A stretch of 64,000 nt of DNA from Escherichia coli (GCF_003334815.1 NZ_QOWO01000010.1); one strand, 5' to 3'; positions 20,914 through 33,838 are shown, counted from the stretch's first letter. The notes: a model not told the origin generated them from the letters alone. Translations and numbers: made by a program.

Positions 20914-20927
20914 TACATATCGTTACA
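20914..20927 (+). promoter_or_regulatory. RstA-box match in the asr promoter region
   Basis: TACATATCGTTACA fits the RstA box TACATNTNGTTACA as recalled, about 105 bp upstream of the asr start. An adjacent Pho-box-like element CTGTAATTTATTCAGCG sits at 20893-20909. Confidence 0.5.
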
Positions 20928-21030
20928 CGCTGAAACCAACCACTCACGGAAGTCTGCCATTCCCAGGGATATAGTTATTTCAACGGCCCCGCAGTGGGGT
21001 TAAATGAAAAAACAAATTGAGGGTATGACA

Positions 21031-21339
21031 ATGAAAAAAGTATTAGCTCTGGTTGTTGCCGCTGCTATGGGTCTGTCTTCTGCCGCCTTTGCTGCAGAGA
21101 CTACGACCACACCTGCTCCGACTGCGACGACCACCAAAGCAGCGCCGGCGAAAACTACACATCATAAAAAACAGCATAAAGCAGCACCTGCCCAGAAAGC
21201 GCAGGCGGCTAAAAAGCATCATAAAAATACGAAAGCTGAACAGAAAGCCCCTGAACAAAAAGCGCAGGCAGCGAAGAAACACGCCAAGAAACACAGCCAT
21301 CAGCAACCGGCAAAACCTGCTGCACAACCCGCAGCGTAA
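21031..21339 (+). CDS. asr: Acid shock protein (periplasmic, Lys/Ala/His-rich)
   Basis: ORF 21004..21339 trimmed to the ATG at 21031 ([21 protein letters not shown], 102 aa). Signal peptide and internal KAQAAKKH repeats. Confidence 0.85.
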   Translation: MKKVLALVVAAAMGLSSAAFAAETTTTPAPTATTTKAAPAKTTHHKKQHKAAPAQKAQAAKKHHKNTKAEQKAPEQKAQAAKKHAKKHSHQQPAKPAAQPAA

Positions 21340-21431
21340 GTTTTCAACAGTAATGCTGGCGCGCCCCCTCGCGCCTGAAAATTACGGTGCTAAGCGGGTA
21401 ACGTTTAGCACCGCCTTTAGCGGAGGGTAGT

Positions 21432-21515
21432 ATGGTGGGCCGTTATCGCTTTGAGTTCATTCTGATCATCCTTATTTTATGCGCACTGATTGCCGCCCGT
21501 TTTTATCTTTCCTGA
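21432..21515 (+). CDS. ydgU: Small hydrophobic protein (27 aa)
   Basis: ATG at 21432 preceded by a GGAGGG RBS with a 5-nt spacer. Translates to MVGRYRFEFILIILILCALIAARFYLS, then TGA at 21513-21515. Too short for the ORF track; matches the position and sequence of E. coli ydgU as recalled. Confidence 0.5.
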   Translation: MVGRYRFEFILIILILCALIAARFYLS

Positions 21516-21614
21516 TTGTAGTTATCTGATTTTACTCCCACTTTCATCCCGTCCCGTCTATAGTATTTATGAGGGTTTGCTTTTAATAATCATAATTACC
21601 CACCAGAGTGTGAT

Positions 21615-22436
21615 ATGCGTACAACCATTGCTGTAGTGTTGGGTGCAATTAGTTTGACGTCTGCTTTTGTGTTTGCAGATAAACCAGACGTTGCCAGATC
21701 GGCAAACGATGAGGTCAGCACCCTGTTTTTTGGTCATGATGATCGTGTGCCAGTGAATGACACGACCCAATCACCGTGGGATGCGGTTGGGCAACTGGAA
21801 ACGGCCAGCGGCAATTTATGTACGGCGACGCTGATTGCACCCAATCTGGCATTAACGGCAGGACACTGTTTATTGACACCTCCAAAGGGTAAAGCCGATA
21901 AAGCAGTGGCGCTGCGTTTTGTGTCAAATAAAGGTCTTTGGCGCTATGAGATCCACGACATAGAAGGCCGCGTTGATCCGACACTGGGAAAGCGGTTAAA
22001 AGCAGATGGGGATGGTTGGATTGTACCTCCCGCAGCCGCGCCGTGGGACTTCGGATTGATTGTGCTACGTAATCCCCCTTCTGGCATTACGCCGTTGCCG
22101 TTATTTGAGGGAGATAAAGCCGCGCTTACCGCCGCATTAAAAGCGGCAGGTCGTAAAGTGACTCAGGCAGGCTACCCTGAAGATCATCTCGATACGTTGT
22201 ACAGTCATCAAAACTGTGAAGTGACTGGCTGGGCGCAAACGTCGGTGATGTCACATCAGTGCGATACCTTGCCGGGTGACAGCGGTTCGCCTCTGATGTT
22301 GCATACCGATGACGGCTGGCAATTAATTGGGGTGCAAAGTTCGGCTCCTGCCGCGAAAGATCGCTGGCGCGCCGATAACCGGGCCATTTCTGTTACCGGT
22401 TTTCGCGACAAGCTGGATCAACTGTCGCAAAAATAA
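21615..22436 (+). CDS. ydgD: Secreted trypsin-like serine peptidase
   Basis: 273-aa ORF with a signal peptide and the catalytic motifs TAGHC and GDSGSP of S1-family proteases. Confidence 0.8.
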
Positions 22437-22445
22437 TGTTCAAAC

Positions 22446-22467
22446 GCTGCCCGACAGCGCGGGCAGC
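22446..22467. terminator. Hairpin between convergent ydgD and mdtI (bidirectional terminator candidate)
   Basis: Stem GCTGCCCG/CGGGCAGC in the 38-bp gap between the two stop codons. Confidence 0.45.
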
Positions 22468-22474
22468 GTCTTCA

Positions 22475-22804
22475 TCAGGCAAGTTTCACCATGATCATTC
22501 CAGCCAACAGCAAGACCAGGCCAATCCAGCCTTTACGATTTAACCGTTGACCAAACAAGATCCAACCTGCGGCTAACGTGGCGGCAATACCAAACCCGCC
22601 CCACAATGCATAAGCGACAGACAAGTCGATCCCTTTAACGGCTTGAGAAAGCGCACTAAAGGCAGCCAGCACCGCCGCCAGGGAGAGCAAGCCAAATATT
22701 TTGCGACGAAAGCCGTCAGAAAATTTCAAAAAGACGTTAGCAACGATTTCCAGCACGATTGCCAATGCCAGCCAGGCGGCGTGAACCCATTCAAACTGCG
22801 CCAT
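22475..22804 (-). CDS. mdtI: SMR-family spermidine exporter subunit
   Basis: 109-aa four-TM SMR protein. Its start overlaps the 3' end of mdtJ by 14 bp. Confidence 0.9.
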
Positions 22805-23156
22805 GGTTCACCTCCAGTTCAGGTTTACGCGCTTTACGGGTACCTGATTTTATCAACACAATCCCGGCGACCAGGGTGGTTAACCCGGCAATTTTCATCA
22901 GCGATAAACTTTCGTCGAATAACAAAACGCTAAACAAGGTAATAAATAAAATACCGATACCTTCCCACAGCGCATAAGCTACGCCTAAGGCGATTTTTTT
23001 AACGGCGAAAGAGAGAAATATATACGACAGAGAAATCATCACCAGCATTAAAATAAAGCCGCCATTTCCCTCACTGACGCTCGCCCATTTCATTGACAGC
23101 GTACCGGTAATTTCTGTAGCAATAGCCAGACCTAATAAAATCCAATAAATATACAT
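22791..23156 (-). CDS. mdtJ: SMR-family spermidine exporter subunit
   Basis: 121-aa four-TM SMR protein, upstream partner of mdtI. Confidence 0.9.
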
Positions 23157-23567
23157 TGTCCTTCTCCTGCAAGAGAATTATTTTAATTTTCGCTTAATTC
23201 AGCGAAACCAAAGTAAAGTGGTCAAGCCCCGCGCATAGCGCAAGCTTTGGCAGAAGAAAGGACTAAAGCGCGTTGCGCCAGTGCTGCTCACCTACGAGCA
23301 AGATAGTGGATGAGGTACGAAGATGGGTAAATGTAGAAAATAACGTCCTGAACAAATTGTCCATAATATTACAATTATCCGCAGTGTTGCTTCTCGTCAT
23401 CGCGGATGATAATTGTCCTCGGTAGTTGAACACGCCTGATTTGTATCATAGCTTAAGAATTAACTCAAAATATTTTCACTTCTTTACCTGAGCGGTTTGA
23501 TTTTCGTTATGATGACGGAGCGAAAAAGACATTATTATTAGCAAAGGAAGAAAAAACGGGGACAAGC

Positions 23568-24602
23568 ATGGCAAAGCCGATCATCACGCTCAATGGCCTA
23601 AAAATCGTCATTATGTTGGGAATGCTGGTCATTATTCTCTGCGGTATCCGTTTTGCCGCCGAGATCATCGTGCCGTTTATTCTCGCATTATTTATTGCTG
23701 TTATTCTTAACCCGCTGGTGCAACACATGGTCCGCTGGCGTGTGCCGCGTGTACTGGCGGTGTCGATTTTGATGACCATCATCGTGATGGCGATGGTGTT
23801 GCTATTAGCTTATCTGGGTTCCGCGCTCAACGAGTTGACGCGGACGTTACCGCAATATCGCAACTCTATTATGACGCCGCTGCAAGCGCTTGAACCGTTG
23901 TTGCAACGCGTAGGGATTGACGTCTCAGTTGACCAGCTGGCGCATTATATTGATCCGAACGCGGCGATGACGTTGCTCACCAACTTATTGACGCAGTTAT
24001 CTAATGCCATGTCATCAATATTTTTATTGCTGCTGACGGTGCTGTTTATGCTGCTCGAAGTGCCACAATTGCCCGGAAAATTTCAGCAAATGATGGCGCG
24101 TCCGGTTGAAGGGATGGCGGCGATTCAACGTGCGATTGACAGTGTTTCTCATTATCTGGTGCTGAAAACAGCCATCAGCATCATCACCGGCCTGGTCGCC
24201 TGGGCGATGCTCGCCGCACTCGATGTTCGCTTCGCTTTTGTCTGGGGATTGCTGGCCTTTGCGCTTAATTACATCCCGAATATTGGTTCAGTCCTCGCGG
24301 CAATCCCCCCTATCGCTCAGGTACTGGTGTTTAATGGCTTCTACGAAGCGTTGCTGGTGCTGGCGGGATATCTGCTGATTAATCTGGTCTTCGGCAATAT
24401 TCTGGAGCCGCGTATCATGGGGCGTGGGCTGGGGCTTTCCACATTGGTGGTATTTTTGTCGTTGATTTTTTGGGGATGGTTGTTAGGACCGGTGGGTATG
24501 CTGCTTTCCGTGCCGTTGACAATTATTGTCAAAATTGCGCTTGAACAAACAGCGGGAGGTCAAAGCATCGCCGTTCTGTTAAGCGATCTCAATAAAGAGT
24601 GA
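23568..24602 (+). CDS. tqsA: AI-2E-family transporter (autoinducer-2 export)
   Basis: 344-aa polytopic membrane protein; recognised as TqsA (YdgG). Confidence 0.85.
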
Positions 24603-24622
24603 CGGCCTCAGCAGAGGCCGTC
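24601..24622. terminator. Hairpin between convergent tqsA and pntB (bidirectional terminator candidate)
   Basis: Stem GACGGCCTC/GAGGCCGTC with loop AGCA, lying between the tqsA stop (24600-24602) and the pntB stop (24627-24629). Confidence 0.5.
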
Positions 24623-24626
24623 AGGG

Positions 24627-26018
<1,392 letters not shown>

Positions 26019-26025
26019 TTACCCC

Positions 26026-27621
<1,596 letters not shown>

Positions 27622-28081
27622 TCATGTACGAGCTAAATGTTACTCCGTTAAAATAAATTAGTAACAAACGCCCTATAACGTACTGAAAATTATGCCTGTG
27701 ATCTAGCGCCAAAAATCAGTATTTCGGCGTGAACTCGCAAAATATTAACGATTCAGCCGTGATAGTGGGATAAACACCTTAGAACGCCGGATAAAGACTG
27801 ATAATTGTCTTCGACGGTCGGGTAAAACGAGACATCGCCCCGGCACGAATCACTACTTAACATTAAATTAACTTATACAATTCAGTTGCTTCAGTAGTAA
27901 TGATGCTGATACGGCTGTTTTTTAAGCATAGACGGTCATTTGAGCAGGATTAAAATTGGCTTAAGGAATGTGATATGAAAAATGACGCAGACAGTTACAC
28001 CGTTTAAATGCAATAATCAGCCACGTTTCTCGTTAATAACAATACCAGTACCTGGTTTGCGCAAGGCGAAGGATTATTTTT

Positions 28082-29026
28082 ATGAAGCTTAAGAACACCC
28101 TCCTGGCGTCGGCACTGCTTTCTGCTACGGCATTCTCCGTTAACGCAGCAACAGAACTGACACCGGAGCAAGCGGCAGCGGTTAAACCTTTTGACCGTGT
28201 AGTGGTTACCGGTCGTTTTAATGCTATTGGCGAAGCGGTGAAAGCCGTTTCTCGTCGCGCAGATAAAGAAGGTGCCGCCTCTTTTTATGTTGTCGACACT
28301 TCTGATTTTGGTAACAGCGGTAACTGGCGTGTGGTCGCTGACCTCTATAAAGCCGATGCTGAAAAAGCAGAAGAAACAAGTAATCGCGTAATTAACGGTG
28401 TTGTCGAACTGCCGAAAGATCAGGCTGTTCTGATTGAACCGTTTGACACGGTCACCGTCCAGGGCTTCTATCGTAGCCAGCCAGAAGTCAATGATGCCAT
28501 CACCAAAGCGGCAAAAGCGAAAGGTGCCTACTCTTTCTACATCGTTCGTCAAATCGATGCCAACCAGGGCGGCAACCAGCGTATTACTGCATTCATCTAT
28601 AAAAAAGATGCTAAGAAACGTATCGTCCAGAGCCCGGATGTGATCCCGGCAGATTCCGAAGCAGGACGTGCAGCTCTGGCTGCCGGTGGCGAAGCCGCGA
28701 AAAAAGTTGAGATCCCGGGTGTTGCGACTACCGCATCACCAAGTTCTGAAGTCGGTCGCTTCTTTGAAACCCAGTCATCAAAAGGCGGGCGTTACACCGT
28801 CACGCTCCCGGATGGCACTAAAGTCGAAGAACTGAACAAAGCGACCGCAGCGATGATGGTCCCGTTCGACAGCATCAAATTCTCTGGCAACTACGGCAAC
28901 ATGACCGAAGTCTCCTATCAGGTTGCGAAACGTGCCGCGAAGAAAGGTGCTAAGTATTACCACATCACCCGCCAGTGGCAGGAACGTGGTAATAACCTGA
29001 CCGTCAGCGCAGATCTGTATAAATAA
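28082..29026 (+). CDS. ydgH: Periplasmic protein with three DUF1471 (YdgH/BhsA/McbA-like) repeats
   Basis: 314-aa ORF with a signal peptide (…FSVNA/AT) and three internally repeated ~90-aa domains. RBS AGGA 8 nt upstream. Confidence 0.8.
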   Translation: MKLKNTLLASALLSATAFSVNAATELTPEQAAAVKPFDRVVVTGRFNAIGEAVKAVSRRADKEGAASFYVVDTSDFGNSGNWRVVADLYKADAEKAEETSNRVINGVVELPKDQAVLIEPFDTVTVQGFYRSQPEVNDAITKAAKAKGAYSFYIVRQIDANQGGNQRITAFIYKKDAKKRIVQSPDVIPADSEAGRAALAAGGEAAKKVEIPGVATTASPSSEVGRFFETQSSKGGRYTVTLPDGTKVEELNKATAAMMVPFDSIKFSGNYGNMTEVSYQVAKRAAKKGAKYYHITRQWQERGNNLTVSADLYK

Positions 29027-29044
29027 CTATTCAGTTACTCCTAT

Positions 29045-29075
29045 AAGGCGGCTTGATGCCGCCTTTCGCATTTTT
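29045..29075 (+). terminator. Rho-independent terminator after ydgH
   Basis: Stem AAGGCGGC/GCCGCCTT followed by TCGCATTTTT. Confidence 0.55.
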
Positions 29076-29211
29076 AGTCACAAATTTCCCCGCGACCATT
29101 GCATGCAGACACATCTCTTCGTAAAATCCCGCGCTTCAGTGGCAAACTCCATTTTTATGCGTTTTGCCCTAATATTTATTCTTCTTATCACGTTTTAATC
29201 ACTGGATATCG

Positions 29212-30594
29212 ATGGAAAAGAAACTGGGACTGAGCGCACTCACCGCGCTGGTATTAAGCTCAATGCTGGGCGCGGGTGTTTTCAGTCTGCCGCAAAATAT
29301 GGCGGCAGTTGCCAGCCCGGCAGCACTGCTCATCGGCTGGGGTATTACTGGCGCTGGCATTTTATTGCTGGCCTTTGCCATGCTGATCCTCACGCGCATT
29401 CGTCGCGAACTTGACGGCGGTATCTTTACCTATGCCCGCGAAGGGTTTGGCGAGCTAATCGGCTTTTGTTCCGCATGGGGATACTGGCTGTGCGCAGTCA
29501 TCGCCAACGTCTCCTATCTGGTGATCGTTTTTTCCGCGTTAAGCTTTTTTACGGACACGCCGGAATTGCGCCTGTTTGGCGATGGTAATACCTGGCAATC
29601 GATAGTCGGTGCATCGGCTTTATTGTGGATTGTTCACTTTTTGATCCTGCGCGGGGTGCAAACCGCTGCCAGCATTAACCTGGTGGCGACACTGGCAAAA
29701 TTGTTGCCGCTGGGTCTGTTTGTTGTGCTGGCGATGATGATGTTCAAACTGGATACCTTCAAGCTCGACTTCACCGGACTTGCACTTGGCGTACCCGTTT
29801 GGGAACAGGTGAAAAACACCATGCTGATCACCCTGTGGGTTTTCATTGGTGTGGAAGGTGCCGTGGTTGTTTCTGCGCGTGCGCGTAATAAACGTGATGT
29901 TGGCAAAGCGACACTGCTGGCGGTTCTCTCCGCTCTGGGCGTTTACTTGCTGGTAACGCTGCTTTCGCTGGGTGTGGTGGCACGTCCTGAACTGGCTGAA
30001 ATTCGTAACCCGTCAATGGCCGGTCTGATGGTGGAAATGATGGGACCATGGGGCGAAATCATCATCGCTGCCGGTTTGATCGTTTCCGTTTGCGGCGCGT
30101 ACTTAAGCTGGACCATCATGGCAGCAGAAGTACCGTTCCTGGCCGCCACTCATAAAGCATTCCCGCGCATTTTTGCGCGCCAGAACGCACAAGCTGCGCC
30201 ATCCGCCTCACTGTGGTTGACCAACATCTGCGTGCAAATTTGTCTGGTACTCATCTGGCTGACCGGTTCCGATTACAACACGTTGCTGACCATCGCCTCA
30301 GAAATGATTCTGGTGCCCTATTTCCTGGTCGGCGCGTTCTTGCTGAAAATCGCAACCCGTCCACTGCATAAAGCGGTAGGTGTCGGTGCCTGCATTTATG
30401 GCTTATGGTTATTGTACGCCTCTGGTCCAATGCACTTGCTGTTATCCGTTGTTCTGTATGCACCGGGGCTGCTGGTTTTCCTGTACGCGCGCAAAACGCA
30501 TACCCATGATAATGTACTGAACCGTCAGGAAATGCTGCTGATTGGCATGCTGTTAATTGCCTCAGTTCCGGCGACCTGGATGCTGGTGGGATAA
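29212..30594 (+). CDS. ydgI: APC-family basic amino acid antiporter (arginine:ornithine antiporter-like)
   Basis: 460-aa polytopic membrane protein of the APC superfamily; recognised as YdgI (ArcD-like). Confidence 0.85.
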   Translation: MEKKLGLSALTALVLSSMLGAGVFSLPQNMAAVASPAALLIGWGITGAGILLLAFAMLILTRIRRELDGGIFTYAREGFGELIGFCSAWGYWLCAVIANVSYLVIVFSALSFFTDTPELRLFGDGNTWQSIVGASALLWIVHFLILRGVQTAASINLVATLAKLLPLGLFVVLAMMMFKLDTFKLDFTGLALGVPVWEQVKNTMLITLWVFIGVEGAVVVSARARNKRDVGKATLLAVLSALGVYLLVTLLSLGVVARPELAEIRNPSMAGLMVEMMGPWGEIIIAAGLIVSVCGAYLSWTIMAAEVPFLAATHKAFPRIFARQNAQAAPSASLWLTNICVQICLVLIWLTGSDYNTLLTIASEMILVPYFLVGAFLLKIATRPLHKAVGVGACIYGLWLLYASGPMHLLLSVVLYAPGLLVFLYARKTHTHDNVLNRQEMLLIGMLLIASVPATWMLVG

Positions 30595-30630
30595 CGTTCA
30601 TCCCATCGTTGGATAGCAAAGGAGATAACG

Positions 30631-31353
30631 ATGGGTAAAACCCAGCCCTTGCCAATATTAATTACTGGCGGAGGTCGTCGCATCGGCCTCGCCCTCGCAT
30701 GGCATTTCATTAATCAAAAGCAACCGGTGATTGTCAGCTATCGGACACACTATCCAGCCATTGATGGACTGATTAATGCAGGTGCGCAGTGTATTCAGGC
30801 TGATTTTTCGACCAACGACGGTGTGATGGCGTTTGCCGATGAAGTACTAAAAAGCACCCATGGTCTGCGTGCTATTTTGCATAACGCCAGTGCGTGGATG
30901 GCGGAAAAACCGGGTGCGCCACTGGCCGACGTACTGGCTTGCATGATGCAGATCCACGTTAATACCCCATACCTGCTCAACCATGCGCTGGAAAGATTAC
31001 TGCGTGGGCACGGACACGCCGCCAGCGATATCATTCACTTTACCGATTATGTGGTGGAGCGCGGTAGCGACAAACATATTGCGTATGCTGCAAGCAAAGC
31101 GGCACTGGATAATATGACCCGCTCGTTTGCCCGCAAGCTGGCACCGGAAGTGAAAGTGAATTCTATTGCGCCATCGCTGATCCTGTTTAATGAACATGAT
31201 GATGCCGAATATCGACAACAGGCGCTGAATAAATCACTGATGAAAACCGCGCCTGGCGAGAAAGAAGTGATCGACCTGGTCGATTACTTACTTACCAGTT
31301 GCTTTGTCACCGGACGCAGTTTCCCACTTGATGGCGGTCGTCATCTGCGTTAA
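30631..31353 (+). CDS. folM: Dihydromonapterin reductase (short-chain dehydrogenase/reductase)
   Basis: 240-aa SDR with N-terminal GGGRRIG and catalytic YAASK motifs. Confidence 0.9.
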   Translation: MGKTQPLPILITGGGRRIGLALAWHFINQKQPVIVSYRTHYPAIDGLINAGAQCIQADFSTNDGVMAFADEVLKSTHGLRAILHNASAWMAEKPGAPLADVLACMMQIHVNTPYLLNHALERLLRGHGHAASDIIHFTDYVVERGSDKHIAYAASKAALDNMTRSFARKLAPEVKVNSIAPSLILFNEHDDAEYRQQALNKSLMKTAPGEKEVIDLVDYLLTSCFVTGRSFPLDGGRHLR

Positions 31354-31685
31354 TGCAGCTTTATCCAGCATATAATCAACACCCATGCGCTTATCCCCCA
31401 ACACGCAACAGAACCAACAAAAGCGGCGGGCAAGCGCATCATTCCGGTGAAATACCACAGCGACACCAGGTAAACAAAATAGGGAATAATCGACCACATA
31501 CTAAAAATGATGGTTGCGCGTAAGGCTTCAATGCCGCGTTCGCTGGCAACAATATAATGCGCGATAAGCGCAAAGGTCGGGAAAAGTGGAATCAGCCCGG
31601 CGATATAATAATTTTTCGTTTTTGCTAAAACACCAATCAACAGCACTACCAGCGCACCGAGCGCGGCTTTGATTACCAGCCCCAT
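31350..31685 (-). CDS. ydgC: GlpM-family small inner-membrane protein
   Basis: 111-aa four-TM protein. Its stop codon overlaps the folM stop codon convergently (shared TTAA). Confidence 0.8.
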   Translation of the reverse strand: MGLVIKAALGALVVLLIGVLAKTKNYYIAGLIPLFPTFALIAHYIVASERGIEALRATIIFSMWSIIPYFVYLVSLWYFTGMMRLPAAFVGSVACWGISAWVLIICWIKLH

Positions 31686-31813
31686 CTTTTTACCTTAACA
31701 CTTCCATAACAAGTCATCAGTAGAATACCTGATGAAAACTTGTTTAGAAACGATTGATAGTAAGTAAAAACAGCGCGGTGTATTGTGACGTTTTTATATC
31801 TACCGTGAATGTT

Positions 31814-32533
31814 ATGAACACTATCGTATTTGTGGAAGATGATGCGGAAGTCGGTTCACTGATTGCCGCGTACCTGGCAAAACATGATATGCAGGTTACC
31901 GTAGAGCCGCGCGGCGACCAGGCCGAAGAAACCATTTTGCGAGAAAATCCGGATTTGGTGTTACTCGACATCATGCTACCAGGCAAGGACGGCATGACCA
32001 TTTGTCGTGATTTACGCGCAAAGTGGTCTGGACCGATTGTTCTTCTAACCTCTCTCGATAGCGATATGAACCACATCCTGGCACTGGAAATGGGTGCCTG
32101 CGACTATATTCTCAAAACGACGCCCCCTGCTGTTTTGCTAGCGCGTTTACGTTTGCATTTGCGTCAGAATGAGCAAGCCACACTGACCAAAGGTCTTCAG
32201 GAAACGTCTCTGACTCCCTACAAAGCCCTGCATTTCGGCACGTTGACCATCGATCCCATCAACCGCGTAGTCACCCTGGCTAACACTGAAATCTCGCTCT
32301 CGACAGCTGATTTCGAATTATTGTGGGAATTAGCTACCCATGCCGGGCAAATCATGGACCGCGATGCATTGCTGAAAAATTTACGCGGCGTCAGTTATGA
32401 CGGACTGGATCGTAGCGTGGACGTGGCTATTTCGCGGTTAAGAAAAAAACTGCTCGATAACGCCGCAGAACCTTATCGCATTAAAACTGTGCGTAACAAA
32501 GGCTATCTTTTTGCGCCTCATGCATGGGAATAA
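31814..32533 (+). CDS. rstA: OmpR-family two-component response regulator
   Basis: ORF 31754..32533 trimmed to the ATG at 31814 (MNTIVFVEDD, 239 aa). Receiver domain followed by a winged-helix DNA-binding domain. Confidence 0.9.
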   Translation: MNTIVFVEDDAEVGSLIAAYLAKHDMQVTVEPRGDQAEETILRENPDLVLLDIMLPGKDGMTICRDLRAKWSGPIVLLTSLDSDMNHILALEMGACDYILKTTPPAVLLARLRLHLRQNEQATLTKGLQETSLTPYKALHFGTLTIDPINRVVTLANTEISLSTADFELLWELATHAGQIMDRDALLKNLRGVSYDGLDRSVDVAISRLRKKLLDNAAEPYRIKTVRNKGYLFAPHAWE

Positions 32534-32536
32534 GCG

Positions 32537-33838
32537 ATGAAAAAACTGTTTATCCAGTTTTACCTGTTATTGTTTGTCTGCTTCCTTGTGATGTCTCTGC
32601 TGGTTGGGCTGGTGTACAAATTTACCGCCGAACGCGCGGGCAAACAGTCGCTGGATGATTTGATGAACAGTTCGCTGTATCTGATGCGCAGCGAATTGCG
32701 TGAGATCCCCCCACACGACTGGGGTAAAACTCTGAAAGAGATGGATTTAAATCTCTCTTTCGATCTGCGTGTCGAGCCACTGAGTAAATACCATCTTGAT
32801 GATATTTCCATGCACCGACTGCGTGGCGGCGAAATTGTCGCCCTGGACGATCAGTACACGTTTTTGCAGCGTATCCCGCGCAGCCACTACGTGCTGGCAG
32901 TTGGTCCTGTTCCTTATCTTTATTATCTCCATCAGATGCGATTGCTGGATATCGCCCTGATCGCTTTTATTGCTATTTCCCTCGCCTTTCCGGTGTTTAT
33001 CTGGATGCGTCCGCACTGGCAGGATATGTTAAAACTGGAAGCAGCGGCGCAACGATTTGGCGATGGGCATCTCAATGAACGTATCCACTTTGATGAGGGT
33101 TCGAGCTTTGAACGACTTGGCGTCGCATTTAACCAGATGGCGGACAATATCAACGCCTTAATTGCCAGCAAAAAACAGCTTATTGACGGTATCGCTCACG
33201 AACTGCGAACACCGTTAGTGCGCCTGCGTTATCGACTGGAGATGAGCGATAACCTGAGCGCCGCCGAATCCCAGGCGTTGAATCGTGATATCAGTCAACT
33301 TGAAGCTTTAATTGAAGAGCTGCTGACTTATGCCCGACTCGATCGCCCACAAAACGAGCTTCATCTTAGCGAACCAGACCTGCCGTTGTGGCTGTCAACG
33401 CATCTGGCAGATATTCAGGCAGTAACGCCCGATAAAACGGTACGGATAAAAACGCTCGTGCAAGGCCATTATGCGGCGTTGGATATGCGCTTAATGGAGC
33501 GCGTGCTGGATAATTTGCTCAATAACGCCCTGCGGTACTGCCATTCAACGGTTGAAACAAGCCTGCTACTGTCGGGGAATAGAGCGACATTAATTGTTGA
33601 GGATGATGGCCCAGGGATTGCCCCAGAAAACCGCGAACATATCTTTGAACCTTTTGTTCGCCTCGATCCCAGCCGGGATCGCTCAACCGGCGGCTGCGGG
33701 CTGGGGCTGGCAATTGTCCACTCTATAGCACTGGCAATGGGCGGTACGGTTAATTGTGACACCAGCGAACTGGGTGGTGCCCGCTTCTCGTTTAGCTGGC
33801 CGTTATGGCATAACATCCCGCAATTTACCTCTGCCTGA
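32537..33838 (+). CDS. rstB: Two-component sensor histidine kinase
   Basis: 433-aa ORF with two transmembrane segments, a HAMP domain, an H-box (HELRTPL) and an ATPase domain. Starts 4 bp after rstA. Confidence 0.9.
   Translation: MKKLFIQFYLLLFVCFLVMSLLVGLVYKFTAERAGKQSLDDLMNSSLYLMRSELREIPPHDWGKTLKEMDLNLSFDLRVEPLSKYHLDDISMHRLRGGEIVALDDQYTFLQRIPRSHYVLAVGPVPYLYYLHQMRLLDIALIAFIAISLAFPVFIWMRPHWQDMLKLEAAAQRFGDGHLNERIHFDEGSSFERLGVAFNQMADNINALIASKKQLIDGIAHELRTPLVRLRYRLEMSDNLSAAESQALNRDISQLEALIEELLTYARLDRPQNELHLSEPDLPLWLSTHLADIQAVTPDKTVRIKTLVQGHYAALDMRLMERVLDNLLNNALRYCHSTVETSLLLSGNRATLIVEDDGPGIAPENREHIFEPFVRLDPSRDRSTGGCGLGLAIVHSIALAMGGTVNCDTSELGGARFSFSWPLWHNIPQFTSA

Noticed and set aside
21043-21430. 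ORFs 21043..21327 (minus, 94 aa) and 21053..21430 (plus, 125 aa) overlapping asr
   Set aside because: Alternative-frame readings of the repetitive Lys/Ala-rich asr sequence; no RBS and no independent support.
28004-28552. 182-aa minus-strand ORF antisense to the 5' part of ydgH
   Set aside because: It lies antisense within a well-supported signal-peptide-bearing gene and has no RBS or recognisable domains.
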